A stretch of 64,000 nt of DNA, from NCBI RefSeq assembly GCF_003704095.1, contig NW_020844837.1:496001-560000 (forward strand), in the 5' to 3' direction. The notes beneath the pieces were generated by a model. That model did no database searches. It had not been told where the DNA came from and worked only from the letters and a program-made list of their open reading frames with translations. A program made the translations under genes and the position numbers. Shown in pieces: positions 1-12,555 of this stretch (position 1 is the first letter of the stretch; each line of letters opens with the position of its first letter). Source of the DNA: Pocillopora damicornis. Its lineage: Eukaryota.

Positions 1-148
1 ATCGCCCGCGTTTTCCCGCGCTTAGGTAGCTTGCTTGTTTTTACTTTGAGTTCTCATTGGCTCTTTAAGGTATTTTCCTTCGTTCTGATTGGCTGTTGCG
101 ATTACTTTGGTTTTGGTATATTAGAGCCAATCGAACGGCGCTCTAAAG
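1..148. repeat. Interspersed non-autonomous repeat (CCAAT-rich MITE-like family), partial copy in a Mondo intron
   Basis: The reverse complement aligns with 4285-4522 (ccaaa-caaag-atcac-cagccaat-agaac-aaggaaaa-gagccaatgag-caaa-aaaaac-gggaaaacgc). Confidence 0.65.
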
Positions 149-168
149 TAAGTGTAAACGAGACTTAC

Positions 169-3100
169 TTTTCTGCAGAACTGTGGCTTTGCTAACTTTG
201 GAATTCCTTTGACTGGCAAGTGACGGAACAAGTGACATCAACTGATCGAAGCCCATCTGGACAGAAGCAAACCGATAACTATGCGTTATTATCACTGTAA
301 GATTTTATAGACTTTAGTACAATCACCTACAAAATATACGGAATAAACCAAGAACTGGAGGATGACTGACTGGCTGACAGACTAAATGAGCTCAGTGCCT
401 GACGATTGCCTGGTTGAGTGACTGAGCGAGAAAGGCAGCAGCTAACAAACCGACCAACCCTTTTTCATTTCACACTTACTTTAATATTACCACGTCTCTT
501 CTGTTCCGCTGTTATGTGCGAAATTCGTCTGTGTTCCTGACAGAGCAGAAAAAAGCCTTACACATCAATTTATATCAAACAAATCACAGTGTTAAATAAA
601 TTGCTGAGACCGATACAATTTCATGATAGGACTAAATTCCTTTATCTTCACACTTTGCACGGAGGGAAAGTCAAGATAAGGAATTCACTTATTTGCTCAC
701 TTTTGCGAGACGATGGCAAAGCATCAGTGAAATAGCAAATGTAATCCGACAGATGACTGTGGAGTTGGTAGGCTCACTTATCGAGACTTTACATATGCAT
801 GACTAATTGAGAAGAAATACTTGTGCAGTATACAGTATAAAGTCTCACAACAAATCTCACATGACGTTCTAACAGTTTAACTTACCTTGTACTGCTCCCG
901 CTGTTCTGCAGTTACAGGTCTTGTCTGTTTGGCAGGCGGCTAAAATAAAAGAAACTTGGTTTCAAAAATGACATACAATGTCGATAATTTTTCTACACTC
1001 AAAAGGTATCTGTCTGTCTGCTTAACCTTTAGACATTAATTTATCCCTTCGTTTACGAATTTATGATTTTTTGGGTGGAAACCTGGTGCTTCTGTGTTGT
1101 CTTCTTGAGGAAAACTTTTCACCCGACTCACTGTACCTCTCTTTGGCAAAAAGAATCCTAAGTAAATGGACCAGCAACTTGACTAATGTGCTAAGAAAAA
1201 CAGGACAGGTTTTGTTTTGTCAAAAGTATTCAGCTTAATTTTGTCCTAGTGATTTAATTACTTGTGGCTGGTCTGTTTAAGGCGTCCAGATGGTAATTGA
1301 AGCGCGGTAGTAGCGCAGACCGAAAATAGGAGAGAGGCTTGGACAGGGTCGCGTGGGCTTGGGGCGGCTCGTGAGACCTGTCCCAAACCTCTTTCCCTTT
1401 TCGCCTTGTCACCCAATTTACTAAGTAAACACCTGGAACAAGCTACTCTGAGGCGTGTTCCCAGCCGTATGTTGAATTGATTATTCGTTCCACTTACAGG
1501 CGTTTTTGTTGGCCTCATTCCTCCTGTGTCCTGAGATTCAGTCACAAGACCAGTAGTTGACACTGCAACAGCTGAGGGAAAGAAAGCTCAAATTTTATCC
1601 CCTGAATTTAACAACAATTCCTGATAGTGTTACCGTTTTGTAAGAGGTACACACTCAAATCATGATAAAGAAAAAATTGATCGTAAAAAAAAGTATGTAA
1701 CTCACCCATTGAATTCTTGGCTCCAGCGCTCATAGTCGCAACTGTTTGTAGAGGAGAGGAACTATTGACAGCGCTTGATGGTACAGGAACAGTAACCTAA
1801 GTGGCACATAACAGCGTAAAAAATTAGAACTCTGCCCACTCAGCGAGTTTTCCATTGGAATATTTAGACTGAAAAGGACAACGTGAAATATAAGCTTATA
1901 CAGCAACGGCACAAGTTCAAATTCCGCTGAGGTCTAAGATCAAAATACATGATAAATACTTTAAGAAATCCGCTTGCGCTGTTAAAAGGCGAATGAAGTG
2001 TTGAAAAATGGGGACATAATATTGACAATCCGTTTCGTAGCTTCCACAAAGACGAGCGTCAATTAATTGCATTCAATTGGCACACTTTGCCAAGACGTTC
2101 ACGCTAGTCTTTCTTCTAATCACTCGTCTTCCACAACGATTTCTACTTTATAATATCCCATCAATAAAGAATTTGCTACTCACCGACTGAAGCGTTGCGG
2201 GTGAAAGACCTAGCTGTGCTAAAGACAATGTGCTCAGGTTAACACTCGCTGGTAAAAGAATCCTCTGCCCCTGAGCTGTAGGATGTCCAACATTCACTAC
2301 CTGCGGCATGGATGAGGTTGATACCTCGGGTACTCCTCCCATTTGTCCAGTAGTTGTATCTTGGACAGTTTGCAGATTACCTTGAGGGGAGATAATAACT
2401 GCCGCCTGCGGCAACACATTTTGATTCACAGCTGGCACAGGAACTTTATTTGAGGGCGTGTGCTTGATGGTGACAGTTGGAACCGGTACGCTGTTTGATG
2501 TGATCAACGCGGCTTGCAATGGCGATTGTGAAGTAAAGTTACTAACTGGTGTTGTTGGTTTGCTGGACGTCGTGGGTTGAATAGCTACATTGGGCGGTGC
2601 TCGCAATAAGGACTGCAACGCTTGGGTGATGGCATTTTGATTTTGGGGTTTCATCTGAAGTGATGGCTGCATAGGAGCAGTTTTATGTTGAACAGCCTGC
2701 GGCTGTTCTTGTTTGTGCTGAGTCGCTTGCGTCGTTCCTACGTTACTTAAGGTACTCAATGCATTAACAAGCTCTGTTGGGACGCTTTGTTTCTGTAACA
2801 CTTGTTTCAACTGGTAAAGCTGATTCAGCAGAGAAGGGTCTTGTGTACCACTCATATTACCAGTATCTCTTGTTTGCATGGGCACTGCAGTATTAGAAGG
2901 GGATGGCTGAGTGAGGAGCTGACCTAAAACGGAGCTGTTTGTTTGGTAGGATTCAGAAGCAGCTGGGGTTGGATTAGCCACAGGTGCTAATAACAACTGT
3001 TCCAAAAGATTTGCATTTGTAGTAAGGCTCCCCGTTAACTGCGGTGTATCTGCAGTGCTAGCGAATGTTGGTGACTGAGATGACAGTGCTGCCACAGTGT

Positions 3101-6100
3101 TTCCAAGATGCTCTGGAGTAGACATCTTTCGTCTGCGCTGCGATGTACTTGGCGCTGCTGCTGGAGCTGGAGGTAAGCGTTGGTGCGGCTGTTGACCTAA
3201 ACTCAACAAAGATGAATCTGACATGATACGAGGAAATCCTCCTCTCTTTTTCCTTCCCGAGTGATGTGTTGGATTTGGGGCTGGATGTGACGGTTGGTTT
3301 GCTATCTCCGACGAATGCACTGTGGGTAGCGATGGAGGTGATGTCGGACTTCTAGACATGCTCGCTAAACTGCTCAGTTTAGAGTCAGACATGTTTCTCG
3401 GTAGACGGACCCGTTTGGCATTAGAGGCTGTTGGTAAGGAAGGGATCCTTGTGCGGGGCTGTATGGACTGCAAATGTGCCGCTAAATTGGGGGCTTCCAG
3501 CTGTGGTGGTAAATTACTTTCCATGGAGGGAAACAAATTTGTGTGGAGAGATGTCCCCAGTTGAGACAAGTCCATTGTATATAACTGTGTATCAGACACA
3601 TTCCTAGGCAACCGCCCCTTCCTCTGTTGGCTCGAGGCATCCATTTGCCTGGCCGTGTTAAAGGGATCCACATTACCAACAAACTGGTTGGTAGGGGAGA
3701 GAACATTATTACCACGAGACTGAAGCTGTTGAGCTTGAATCTGAATTTCCTCCAGCGGAGTCTGATGATGCTGCGGTGGCGATGTTGGGTAGGGTGGCAG
3801 CTGAGGCTGTTCAACAGGGGAAGCTAGTCTGGGTGATGTAACAACCTGCTGCTTGTTCTGCACATGTATGCTTGGGTCAAGTTGTGAAGTGAAGCTTCCT
3901 CCTTGCAGCACATTCCCGTAGTCATAAGTGAATTCCACTGTCGGATTGGCACTTGAAATGTCCATGAGTACTTGTCCATCTGGTTGCATGACCTGTTGAC
4001 GCAACTGAGAATTGTCCACTGTTTGGGTTGGGAACATTTCTTGTGTGACAGATTCATAAGCCCCTGAATGATCCATAACCTCCTCTTGTCCTGATGCAGT
4101 TGACTCATATGGGTCACCTTGGTTCACATACACTGTGGCGTTTGGTGGGGCAGGAGCAACGGCCTGGCGCTGATGGTAGTCACCCTGCTGTACGTAACTT
4201 GGTTGATTTCCTGCATGTTCAGCTTGTTTCACAAGCATTCCTACAAAAATGAAAGCATCCTGAAATTAGCACTGAATCATACTTAAAGTGATTTTAGACT
4301 GGGTGTCTCAATACCAAAATCAAAGACATCACATCAGCCAATTAGAACAAAGGAAAAATCCCAAGGAGCCAATGAGGATTCAAAATAAAAACGAATAGCA
4401 TGAAGCTAGGGAAAACGCAAGTGAATATGTTGTATTACTTTTAATCTTTTAATTTTTCCAGACCAATCAGAGGGCAAAGCAAGCAATATCACTGCAATTC
4501 CTAAACTGAAAATTGCACTCTATGCCGGGTTATTGACATTTCTAAATGCCGCGCATGTAGTTAGAAAGAAGTGGATACTATTTGTAGTCCTAACTTGGCT
4601 AAGGATCTTACCAGTAAGAGTTTCAAAATGCTCCATAAATTCGTCTAAATTTGGCTGCAAGCTATCTAGAGTTGGAACTTGAAAAACATCTGATGCTTCT
4701 AAAGAGAAAGTAATAAAACTAAATTTAACCCTAAAACTCCCATGAGCGACCAAGACAGAGTTTCTCCTTACATTATCAAGCAGACAAGTGATGAGAATAA
4801 AGAAAAATATCAATAAAAGGATTATGTTGGTCCAATACCAAATTCTTCAAACTAACATTACAAGAACTGTATGGCACACAGTAAGGAGAATTACTTATGA
4901 GATCTTGGGAATAAAAGTGTTCACCGATTGCAAATACCACACATATTCATAAACTGCTAAAATTTCATCTTCATGTTTGTAATATTCTGTTTGTGGTAAA
5001 ATTACAAAATTCCATGTCTAATTGGAGATGTCCTGTTAGCTTTTACTTTGGAAAGCATCGAGTTTTGTGTATTGTTGAGCTATATAGAATAAAGATTGTT
5101 TTTAACCTCTTGCTCTGTGAGACAGTGGCTGTTGTTGAAGGGCTTCTTGTGGAATTACAGCTCCTCCAAAGTTGGTTTGACGAGAAGTGAAAAGTGTGTC
5201 GGGCAGAGCAGACAAAGCTAAGTCTATGAAAAAATAAAAAAAACAAACCTTAATTATTCAACTCCTTGGGATAATTAGATGGTTTACAAATTATTAAAGA
5301 GATGAGTATCAGAGAAGGGTAGCAAAGGAGGTGGGGTGAGGGGGGAAGGAAGGTCCTGATCATGTTTCATGCAAAAATTTCAGAAAAATTCATGCACTAT
5401 GTGCATAAAAATTTCTCTTATTGGGAGTAAGGTTTCAGGGAAATCTTGAAGTTTTCACCAAATGAAAGAAAAAAATCACAGGTCACACATAACCCAGATA
5501 GCAATTCATGAATCACACATGCCTTTCTGTAAAATTCACATTTCACATATCAATTGACCTTGATCAGGTGTCATGTACATTCCCCTTGCCACCCTCTCAG
5601 GGATCAGCTAAATTTCATTCTTTTAATTACATATTACAAGTGTATAAATAACACAAGATAAATACATATTTTGAGAAAAATCAAAATGAACAGTTAAAAA
5701 AGGCAGCAGAATAGTATTACCATCATTAAAAGCTGTGTCCATAATATTTAGCATGTGATCTACTTGAGCATTGCTGCCTGGGGCAGCTGGAATAGTGAAG
5801 AGGTTCTCATCTCCACTGTCTGAGCTTATTGTCCTGGAAAAGATCAAATAAGGGACTCACAAAGACCAACAAGATATTTCTGCAAACTATATCAACACCT
5901 CCATTACGGGGATAAGTTTTTAAAGAAATTGTGATGCTGTGTTGGAGGGAGAGTAAAATAGGGGAATTTAGTATTATCAAATGAGTTGATAATGTAAATT
6001 GGCCTCTGTATTAAGAGTTCAAAAGCTGATGTTTCAAGCATTGGCCCTTTCTCAGAGTGAAAAGGGGAGCTAATGCTCAAAATGTCAGCTTTGAAACTCA

Positions 6101-9100
6101 TTACGGTGACCAATTTACGTTATCAACTCAGTTGATAATACCAAATACATCATCAGGCAAACAGCTGATGAGAAGTGAAGAAATACATTAACCTGATGAT
6201 GATCTCCACTTTGTGACTGAATCTTCAACCTCCATAATAAAAAATGCTTCTTTTTGGAACATTTCTCACCCATGCATACCACCAGATAAGATAATTATGA
6301 TGAACTTTATTCCAGTGTTAATACACTTTAACTATATGAGCTACTTGGAGATACATAAAGCTTTTCATATAATACTTAAGCAAGCAAAAAAGCTGGTTTT
6401 TAACTGAGTGCATAAAACTTTGTATTTTTAAAAATTTGAAAAATTTAAGTGTTTTAGTCACACAATATAGAGTGATCTTGCATTAGAAATCCAATATCAG
6501 GTAACACTGCAGAAATGTCCTCTGTACAAACCTCTTTCTTTTTCTCTCTTTTTCCTCTAGCTTCTGAGCAATCTCTTGATCAATCTGCTGTGCCTAAAAT
6601 TAAGCCACAAAAGAAATCTTAAAATCAACTAAGGTTTTAAATATAGAAGTAAGAAAGTTACATTGGTTTAAAGGTTTCACATTAGTCCTGTGCATTCAAA
6701 ATGTACATTCCTGATGGTTCTGTCAACAATAGATCTTATGACTAAAAAGTGGCAAAATTCTTCAACATACCCGTAGGCTCAAATGAGAAAGTGGACTGGT
6801 ATTTACAGGAGAATTTGACCACTGAAAAGAAAAGTGGAAAAGAAGACTATGCATTAGAGATAATAATAATATGAATATTTGAGGAGACATAAAATGTGTG
6901 TTTAATTAATTTCCCCATGAAGATGCTGAACATTTCCTGGTAAATTACTTGCTAGAAATGAGTCAAGATAACAACTTCCATCTGATAAGTTGGAGTGTCC
7001 TCATTTCCTGTTTTCTGGGAAAAGCATGGATATCATGGGGAAAAGTTACATGTTAATCAAGGGCTAATAAACACAATTCACAAACCTTTTTGTAATATAT
7101 TCTTAGTTTTTTGTACTCCCTAGCTACAGCCTCCAACTTTCTCCTCCAATAACGACCCTCAAGTATAACAGCCTTTAGGGTGAAACAAAGTACATCCAGT
7201 TAATGCTACCATACAAAGAACATTTGATCAGAATTACATTTTTTTTAAATTTTGATACGCTAGTTTTGAAAGTTAAAAAACATTCAGCTTCACTGAAGAG
7301 AAAAAAACCCACATCCATTATGGTTTTTAGAGCTACAATTCAATCCCAGATAATGCTGTTTTTGTCACAATCAAGCAATGTGTTTAAAAAAAAACTCACA
7401 AAAGGTTTCTTCTTAAAGGGCTCCTTTTCCTCAGAAAGTGGATTGACAAATTGACAAAACAATGGTCGCCTCCCCTTGGAATCTGAAGACAGAAAACACA
7501 TATCATCAGTTGCTGGCTTTATCTTAGACAGCCTTCAAGACTAAAAACACCATCTCTATCAGTAGAGTAAATTGTAAAGTGCCTTTAGAGACATGCAAAA
7601 TGTCTCATAACAAAGTCCTCCATTATTTCCGATGGAAGAAACATCTGTCATCCATTCTTGTTGCTAATGGTTATCCCTCCTCTTTTGAACAAAGGGTAAC
7701 AAAAACCAAGACAGCCAGCACTGATCCCCCTACGGAGTTCAGATCCACTGCAGTCCTGCGCTATGTCACAGGCCTCTCCAAACAACTTTGCTGCTGTCTA
7801 CAACAACAAGGTGAATGCACTGTTTTCAAGTCAGAGACTACCCTATGATCACAACTAGTGAACCCAAAGGATGCTGTTGACCTGGTTAACCAGGATGGCC
7901 TAAACAGAATGGCTGAAACCTCTGCAGGAGAGAATCAAGGAACACAGCAAGGGTATGTGACTTGCTTTGACACAGACCTCCACCATTTCAGAGCACACCC
8001 ACAACACTGAACACTGCCTGCTCTGGAACGAAGTACAAGGGTGAAAGAGGCAATTCACCTAAGGCTTTACCCTAACAACATCAACAGGGACAGTGAAGTT
8101 GAAATCCCAGAAGCCTGGATGTCGACAGATGCATCCAATCACAGCTGAGCACAACAGTAAAAGGGTGATGTGAACTCAATCAACCTCTTCGCCTGAAGAA
8201 GACTAGCATTCTGATCCACATCCAAAGTGACCACATTGTGAGACATTCAATTCTATTTATCTTTTGAAAAACATACTTTTTATACTCACATTGGATATGC
8301 CAACATCTCCAAATTGCATTGTTCAATCGTGTCTTTTCAGCAAACTGTAACTTCTGGCTTCTGAAGTTCTTCCATTTTGGTGAGATTAGAAAGCCTCCCC
8401 TGGACAGAAATAACAATGTGACTCTATCAGATGTAGCTCCAATTACAAGACAATATCACTTTCGATTTTTTACAGTGCCCCTGAAAATGTGGGGTACTGG
8501 GAAGGGGGAGGGGAGGATGGAAGAATGAGAAAATCTTAAGATAGCAGGGATTTCAATTAGAGCCAGAAACTGGGCAAAATTTGCCATCTATGTCAAGCAA
8601 AATGGCTGCATATTTTCTTTGAAATTATCAATATTAAAGTGAAGATTGAACTTTCATTAGCCCCCTACTTTGTAGTTTTTCTGTCTACTTCAAAACTCAC
8701 TGACACCCCTGAGATATCCATTGAGAAAAGCCTCTCATAATATACATTTAATATGTATATCTGCAAGCTCAGGAAACTTGGTTGAATACACAAAATTAAG
8801 GTTTTTCACATATATTTTCTAAAGGCAGAAACACTAGTTTTTACAGGATTTAGACTGAAAGTAGCTTTGAAAACTAGAGACCAACTTTTTTTTCATATAA
8901 ATACAAATATTAATTGTGGTTGATTTTCCTCTGTTTCCTTCATCTCTAGTTATGTGTAGAGATAAAAGAAAAATTCCAATACCATGCTACAAAACAAAAA
9001 CTACCTTACTTTACATTAAATAAGTAATACCATTTGACACTAATTTATGCATGCTGTTGTATGTTGGTATAAATTCTCAAAAGAATCTTTCTAAAACATT

Positions 9101-10750
9101 GATAAAAGCCTTGGCATTCTTTAGAATAGTGAGAAAGTCACAGCTGTTGTCTAAATCTAATCCTGGCTATCCTGTGTTCATAGACAAGTGTCTTTTAAGC
9201 ACCACACTGAACTTCACCACATGCATATTGGGTTAACAGGAAGGAAAGAGGCAGTCTTAGGTAACACTTATGGAACAAAAAAATCCTCGTTACATCTGTA
9301 GCAGCCTAGTGTATCTAATTAGCTATGGACATCTCTTACAACAAACCACCAAAAACAATCACATCAGCCTGTAGAAGATGGACAGTTTAATTCTCATGTA
9401 GCTGCAAGGTGTTTTAATTTTGGTTACACAACTAGAAAGCTGCTAATTTTGAGGATTAGGCAAACCGCATGGCCAAATGATTATGAAGCAACAACCAGGT
9501 TGTGTGTTCCAATGTTCAGAGAAAATAAATAAGCAAAAACATTCTAAACAAAAATACTAAGATTCCTCATGATTTTCAACATCTATGTCAGCTAGCAAGT
9601 TGGTTCTCCTGTTTAGGCCTTGCATTGAGTTAGGCTGCGCATTTCTCTTCATTCTACCATGGTAAAATGATATTACATGTTCATCCTAACTACTAACAGG
9701 TAGACATGGTTTGATGCTACTCTGGTTTACAGATTTAATGAATGTAACCAAAGAAGTTACAATTCATAGACTGTTAACTTCTTCAGTTACATTCATTAAA
9801 TCTGTAAACCAGAGTAGCGTCAAACCATGTCTGATTGTCCACCTGATTGCCATGTGAACTTTAATATATATTTCTTTTTTCACTAACAGGTAATTGGTGA
9901 ACAGTTAAAATTCAGAAAATCTTGAGTTGAAAGCTCAAGGTGGGATACACTTAAGGGCCACTTTCTCCAAAATCCCACGAACTTCATAGGCCTTGACCCA
10001 AATTTTTAGATCGAGGTTTAGAGAGTAACTGACTTTGTTAAAAACAAATCAAAGCATTTCCTTTCTAACAGTTTGATTGTTGAAGTGTCCAAATTATCAA
10101 TATTGTGATCTTGAATGAAAACATGAAACACAAACATGGAACAGCTTCTCAGGAATGAAAAAGATTATCAAGTTCTATCGACAAAAACTCGAAAGACGAT
10201 TTTCATAGTTATACATTCTCAAACCGTTACAGTGAAAAAGAATACAAATACCAAACATGTGTATTACACGGTTATATATCTAAACACAATCGTCACGAAC
10301 GCATGCAGTTATTGAGTGAAAGAGAGAATATCGATTGCTTTAACGCAAAGGAAACAAAATTTAACGGTATTTAATTCTATTAATCTCTTCGTTAATTTGT
10401 GCTATCTGATTAAAACGCTTTGAACTTCGTTCAATTGTTATAGGAAACTATCGTTCAAAACCTTATTAATATGCGAATTAATGGAGGACTTACAACAACA
10501 GCGACCCCCCGATTAGAGCCATAAGAAAACTCGGAAAATGTTGGAAAGGTTAAAAAGCATCTGAGTCCACTTACGTTCCATATTCCAGCCTCATGCACTC
10601 GAACAACCTGGACAAGTTCTCATCGAGTGTGATTGAAGTTCGTTTTCTGTAAGGATCATTTGCTTGACTTGTGTCGCGATTGTGTGCTGTGTAAAGCGAA
10701 GTGCTTTGTCCAAGTTCGCCAAGAGAGGTATATCTAGAATCCATGATCAT
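169..10750 (-). CDS. MLXIP: Mondo family bHLH-Zip glucose-sensing transcription factor (MondoA/ChREBP orthologue); 3' end lies beyond the left edge
   Basis: Phase-consistent GT-AG exons (minus): 10750-10575, 8399-8290, 7482-7400, 7172-7086, 6593-6532, 5833-5721, 5223-5107, 4698-4612, 4240-2184, 1796-1706, 1562-1498, 939-886, 536-480, 256-169. Mondo conserved regions are recognisable: ITLDENLSRLFECMRLEY, LISPKWKNF...RLNNAIWRCWHIQY, LEGRYWRRKLEAVAREYKKLRIYYKK, PDTLFT, LQPNLDEFM. The bHLH reads EHRRISHITAEQKRRGNIKMGFDQL...KVSKATVLQK. The start codon is uncertain (see findings). Confidence 0.95.
4285..4522. repeat. Second, more decayed copy of the repeat at 1-148, in opposite orientation
   Basis: Shares motif order with 1-148, with several CpG sites decayed to TG/CA. 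Confidence 0.6.
4725..4922. mobile_element. ~200-bp TTAA-CCC-ended MITE (piggyBac-like ends), subfamily B; other copies at ~25500-25694 and ~60661-60866
   Basis: Starts ttaaccctaaaactccc. Internal sequence (gaccaagacaga, tctcctt, agacaagtgat, agaataaag, ataccaa, ttactaatgagatcttg) recurs in the other two copies, with 60661 in the opposite orientation. Confidence 0.8.
5310..5600. mobile_element. Decayed MITE-like element with short terminal inverted repeats; a similar element lies at ~37845-38052
   Basis: Left end agagaagggtagcaaagg is complementary to right end ccccttgccaccctctc. The interior has decayed short repeats. Confidence 0.45.
5969..6143. repeat. Palindromic repeat carrying decayed minimal hammerhead-type cores (Penelope-associated family); second copy at ~55750-55983
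   Basis: Inverted arms gtattatcaaatgagttgataatgtaaattgg and ccaatttacgttatcaactcagttgataatac. The minus strand reads ctgagaaagggccaatgcttgaaacatcagc, resembling CTGACGAAGGGCTAACGCTCGAAACGTCAGC. Confidence 0.65.
7636..8210 (+). mobile_element. Degenerate Penelope-like retroelement 3' fragment (RT thumb/GIY-YIG region) in Mondo intron 2, antisense to the host
   Basis: Translates to KHLSSILVANGYPSSF...FRSTAVLRYVTGLS...CLQQQG..TVFKSETTL*SQLVNPKD and later RVKEAIHLRLYPNNINRDSEVEIPEAWM, typical of PLE ORFs, with stops and deletions. It ends with CTGAAGAAGACTAGCA, the 5' half of a hammerhead. Confidence 0.85.
9702..9832. repeat. Long near-perfect inverted repeat (58-bp arms, 15-nt loop) in Mondo intron 1
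   Basis: Arm 9702-9759 is the reverse complement of 9775-9832 with only 3 mismatches. Confidence 0.95.
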
Positions 10751-10848
10751 GAAGTAGTTGTAATCCGTCGCATTTCGGAGATTTTCGCCCCAAACTGTTG
10801 GTCACAAGACAAACTCGAAGAAGTAATCAAATTTTGACTGTCCACCAT
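10747..10848 (-). promoter_or_regulatory. 33-codon upstream ORF whose TGA overlaps the Mondo ATG (ATGA)
   Basis: Start context gccacaATGG at 10848 gives MVDSQNLITSSSLSCDQQFGAKISEMRRITTTS*. The stop at 10749-10747 overlaps the ATG at 10750-10748. Confidence 0.5.
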
Positions 10849-12555
10849 TGTGGCCACCTCAGCCAAATATGGCGCATTCAAGCCCAGTCCTTTCTGTAGC
10901 GCAATTGACCGTGTCTGGCACAACCTTAGCATCCCTAGCACTAATTCTCTGCTAGGTAATCTTGTTTGTTTTGAGAAATTTACGCTTGATGTTTTATCCA
11001 ATGACAATTTCAAATCAAGAAAGCAAAATTGCTAGAACTAGTTCGCAGGGCAGAGGAGGACAAAAAATGAGGGGAGAAAGAGGAGTTGAACTTTCAAAGC
11101 GAAGTTATGAGAAGTAAAAACTCAATCGCTGATATTTTAGCAAGGAAAGTAAAACTGTAGCGATGTGAAGTGAGATGTCGCTTTGTTTCTCCATTGCACC
11201 GAGGTAGGTTTATATCAGGCGCATATTTTATATCAAGATATTAAACTGTTGGAAAACCCGATAGATTTCTTTATACAAAATAAATCACGTTCTTCAGGGA
11301 AAGATCTAGAAAAAAGATATTTAACACCCACGAACATTTCAAGGATATCGATGACCACATTGCCTCACGTAGGCTCGGTATCAGAGTAAATTAACCCAGA
11401 AATGAAATGCCATCAGTACTCCTTATCGAGTCTTATTCACCGAGATGTAGCTCCTCTCACAGCGAAAGAGGCCAACAAAGACGCGACGGTTACAAATAAC
11501 GATCATGATATTACACACATCACCCATGTGCTGAAATCAGAAAGTATTCGTTTATTAATACTTCCCAGGCCTCTCTCTTAAGCCTCTCCTAACTGTTCAC
11601 TCCCAACTACGACCTGAGACTGTCTGAATTTCTTCAAAACAGTTAATTGTAAAACTCAGTGCAATCCAAGGCTGACGAGAAATAACTAGCACAGGCATCC
11701 TCAACATTATTCATCGGCTATTTGCTAAAAGACTCTAACTTTTCGACATAGTGTTGAAATTAAGAAATAAATCCTACACCTACTTTTAGTAGAACATTTC
11801 CTTTTTCTTAATAATGACAAAACCATGAGACACAGTTTTCTAATTATGTTATTCACCGAAAAAAGGAAGCCAGCCTTGAGTTAAAGGTCTTACTTAAAAG
11901 GACTGCTATCATTTCCCAGAAGTCGTCGATAACAATCTCAAAGCCGACCATCAGTGTTAAAATCGCCATGTGCCTTAAAACACTCAGAAAACTGACCGCC
12001 ACCGGATAGCCTATAAGATTGCTTGTCAGACGAATTATTTTCTTCAACAGTGACTTTGTTTTTTACGGAGCAAAATAAGTATTACGGGCCGTAAAGAGAT
12101 CTCTTATGGCCGTTGAGTATGCAAAAGGTATATACTGCAATTATTTGACTTTTTGACATTCTCGCCTACTGAGTCTAATAATCATTTGACAAATAATTTA
12201 AGTATTACTTTGCGAGAAAAAATTATCCTCTACGTATAACTCCGGACTGTCATCAGTGTACACTAAGTTAGTTTGAAGAAACAGTTTTCGTAAGTACTTT
12301 TTTTAAAACTGGTTTCAGCGAGGTAAAGTTGATAAAATAGTATTATATGTTTCTGATTTTCCAGATGGAGCTCGGGACTGGACTTTTAAATCTCACTCCC
12401 CTTCAACACATAACGTGTTGGCTCTTAAAAACAAGAAAAAAAACTATAACTTTCTTATCAAAAATATTAAAAAGGATTTATCAAAGAACACTTAGGACTG
12501 TAGGTGGAAAGTAAAATCCTATCAAGAGGATAAATACGCGCCAAACTGAACCTAC

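Noticed and set aside
1258-1563. 101-aa ORF as an independent gene
   Set aside because: Only 1562-1498 is a Mondo exon; the rest is read-through into the intron.
3322-4117. Several short overlapping ORFs on both strands
   Set aside because: Shadow frames of the large Mondo exon with no independent coding signal.
11441-11530. Possible extra minus-strand exon between the upstream exons and Mondo exon 1
   Set aside because: It has AG/GT ends but gives an immediate stop in the required phase; at most non-coding, and unsupported.
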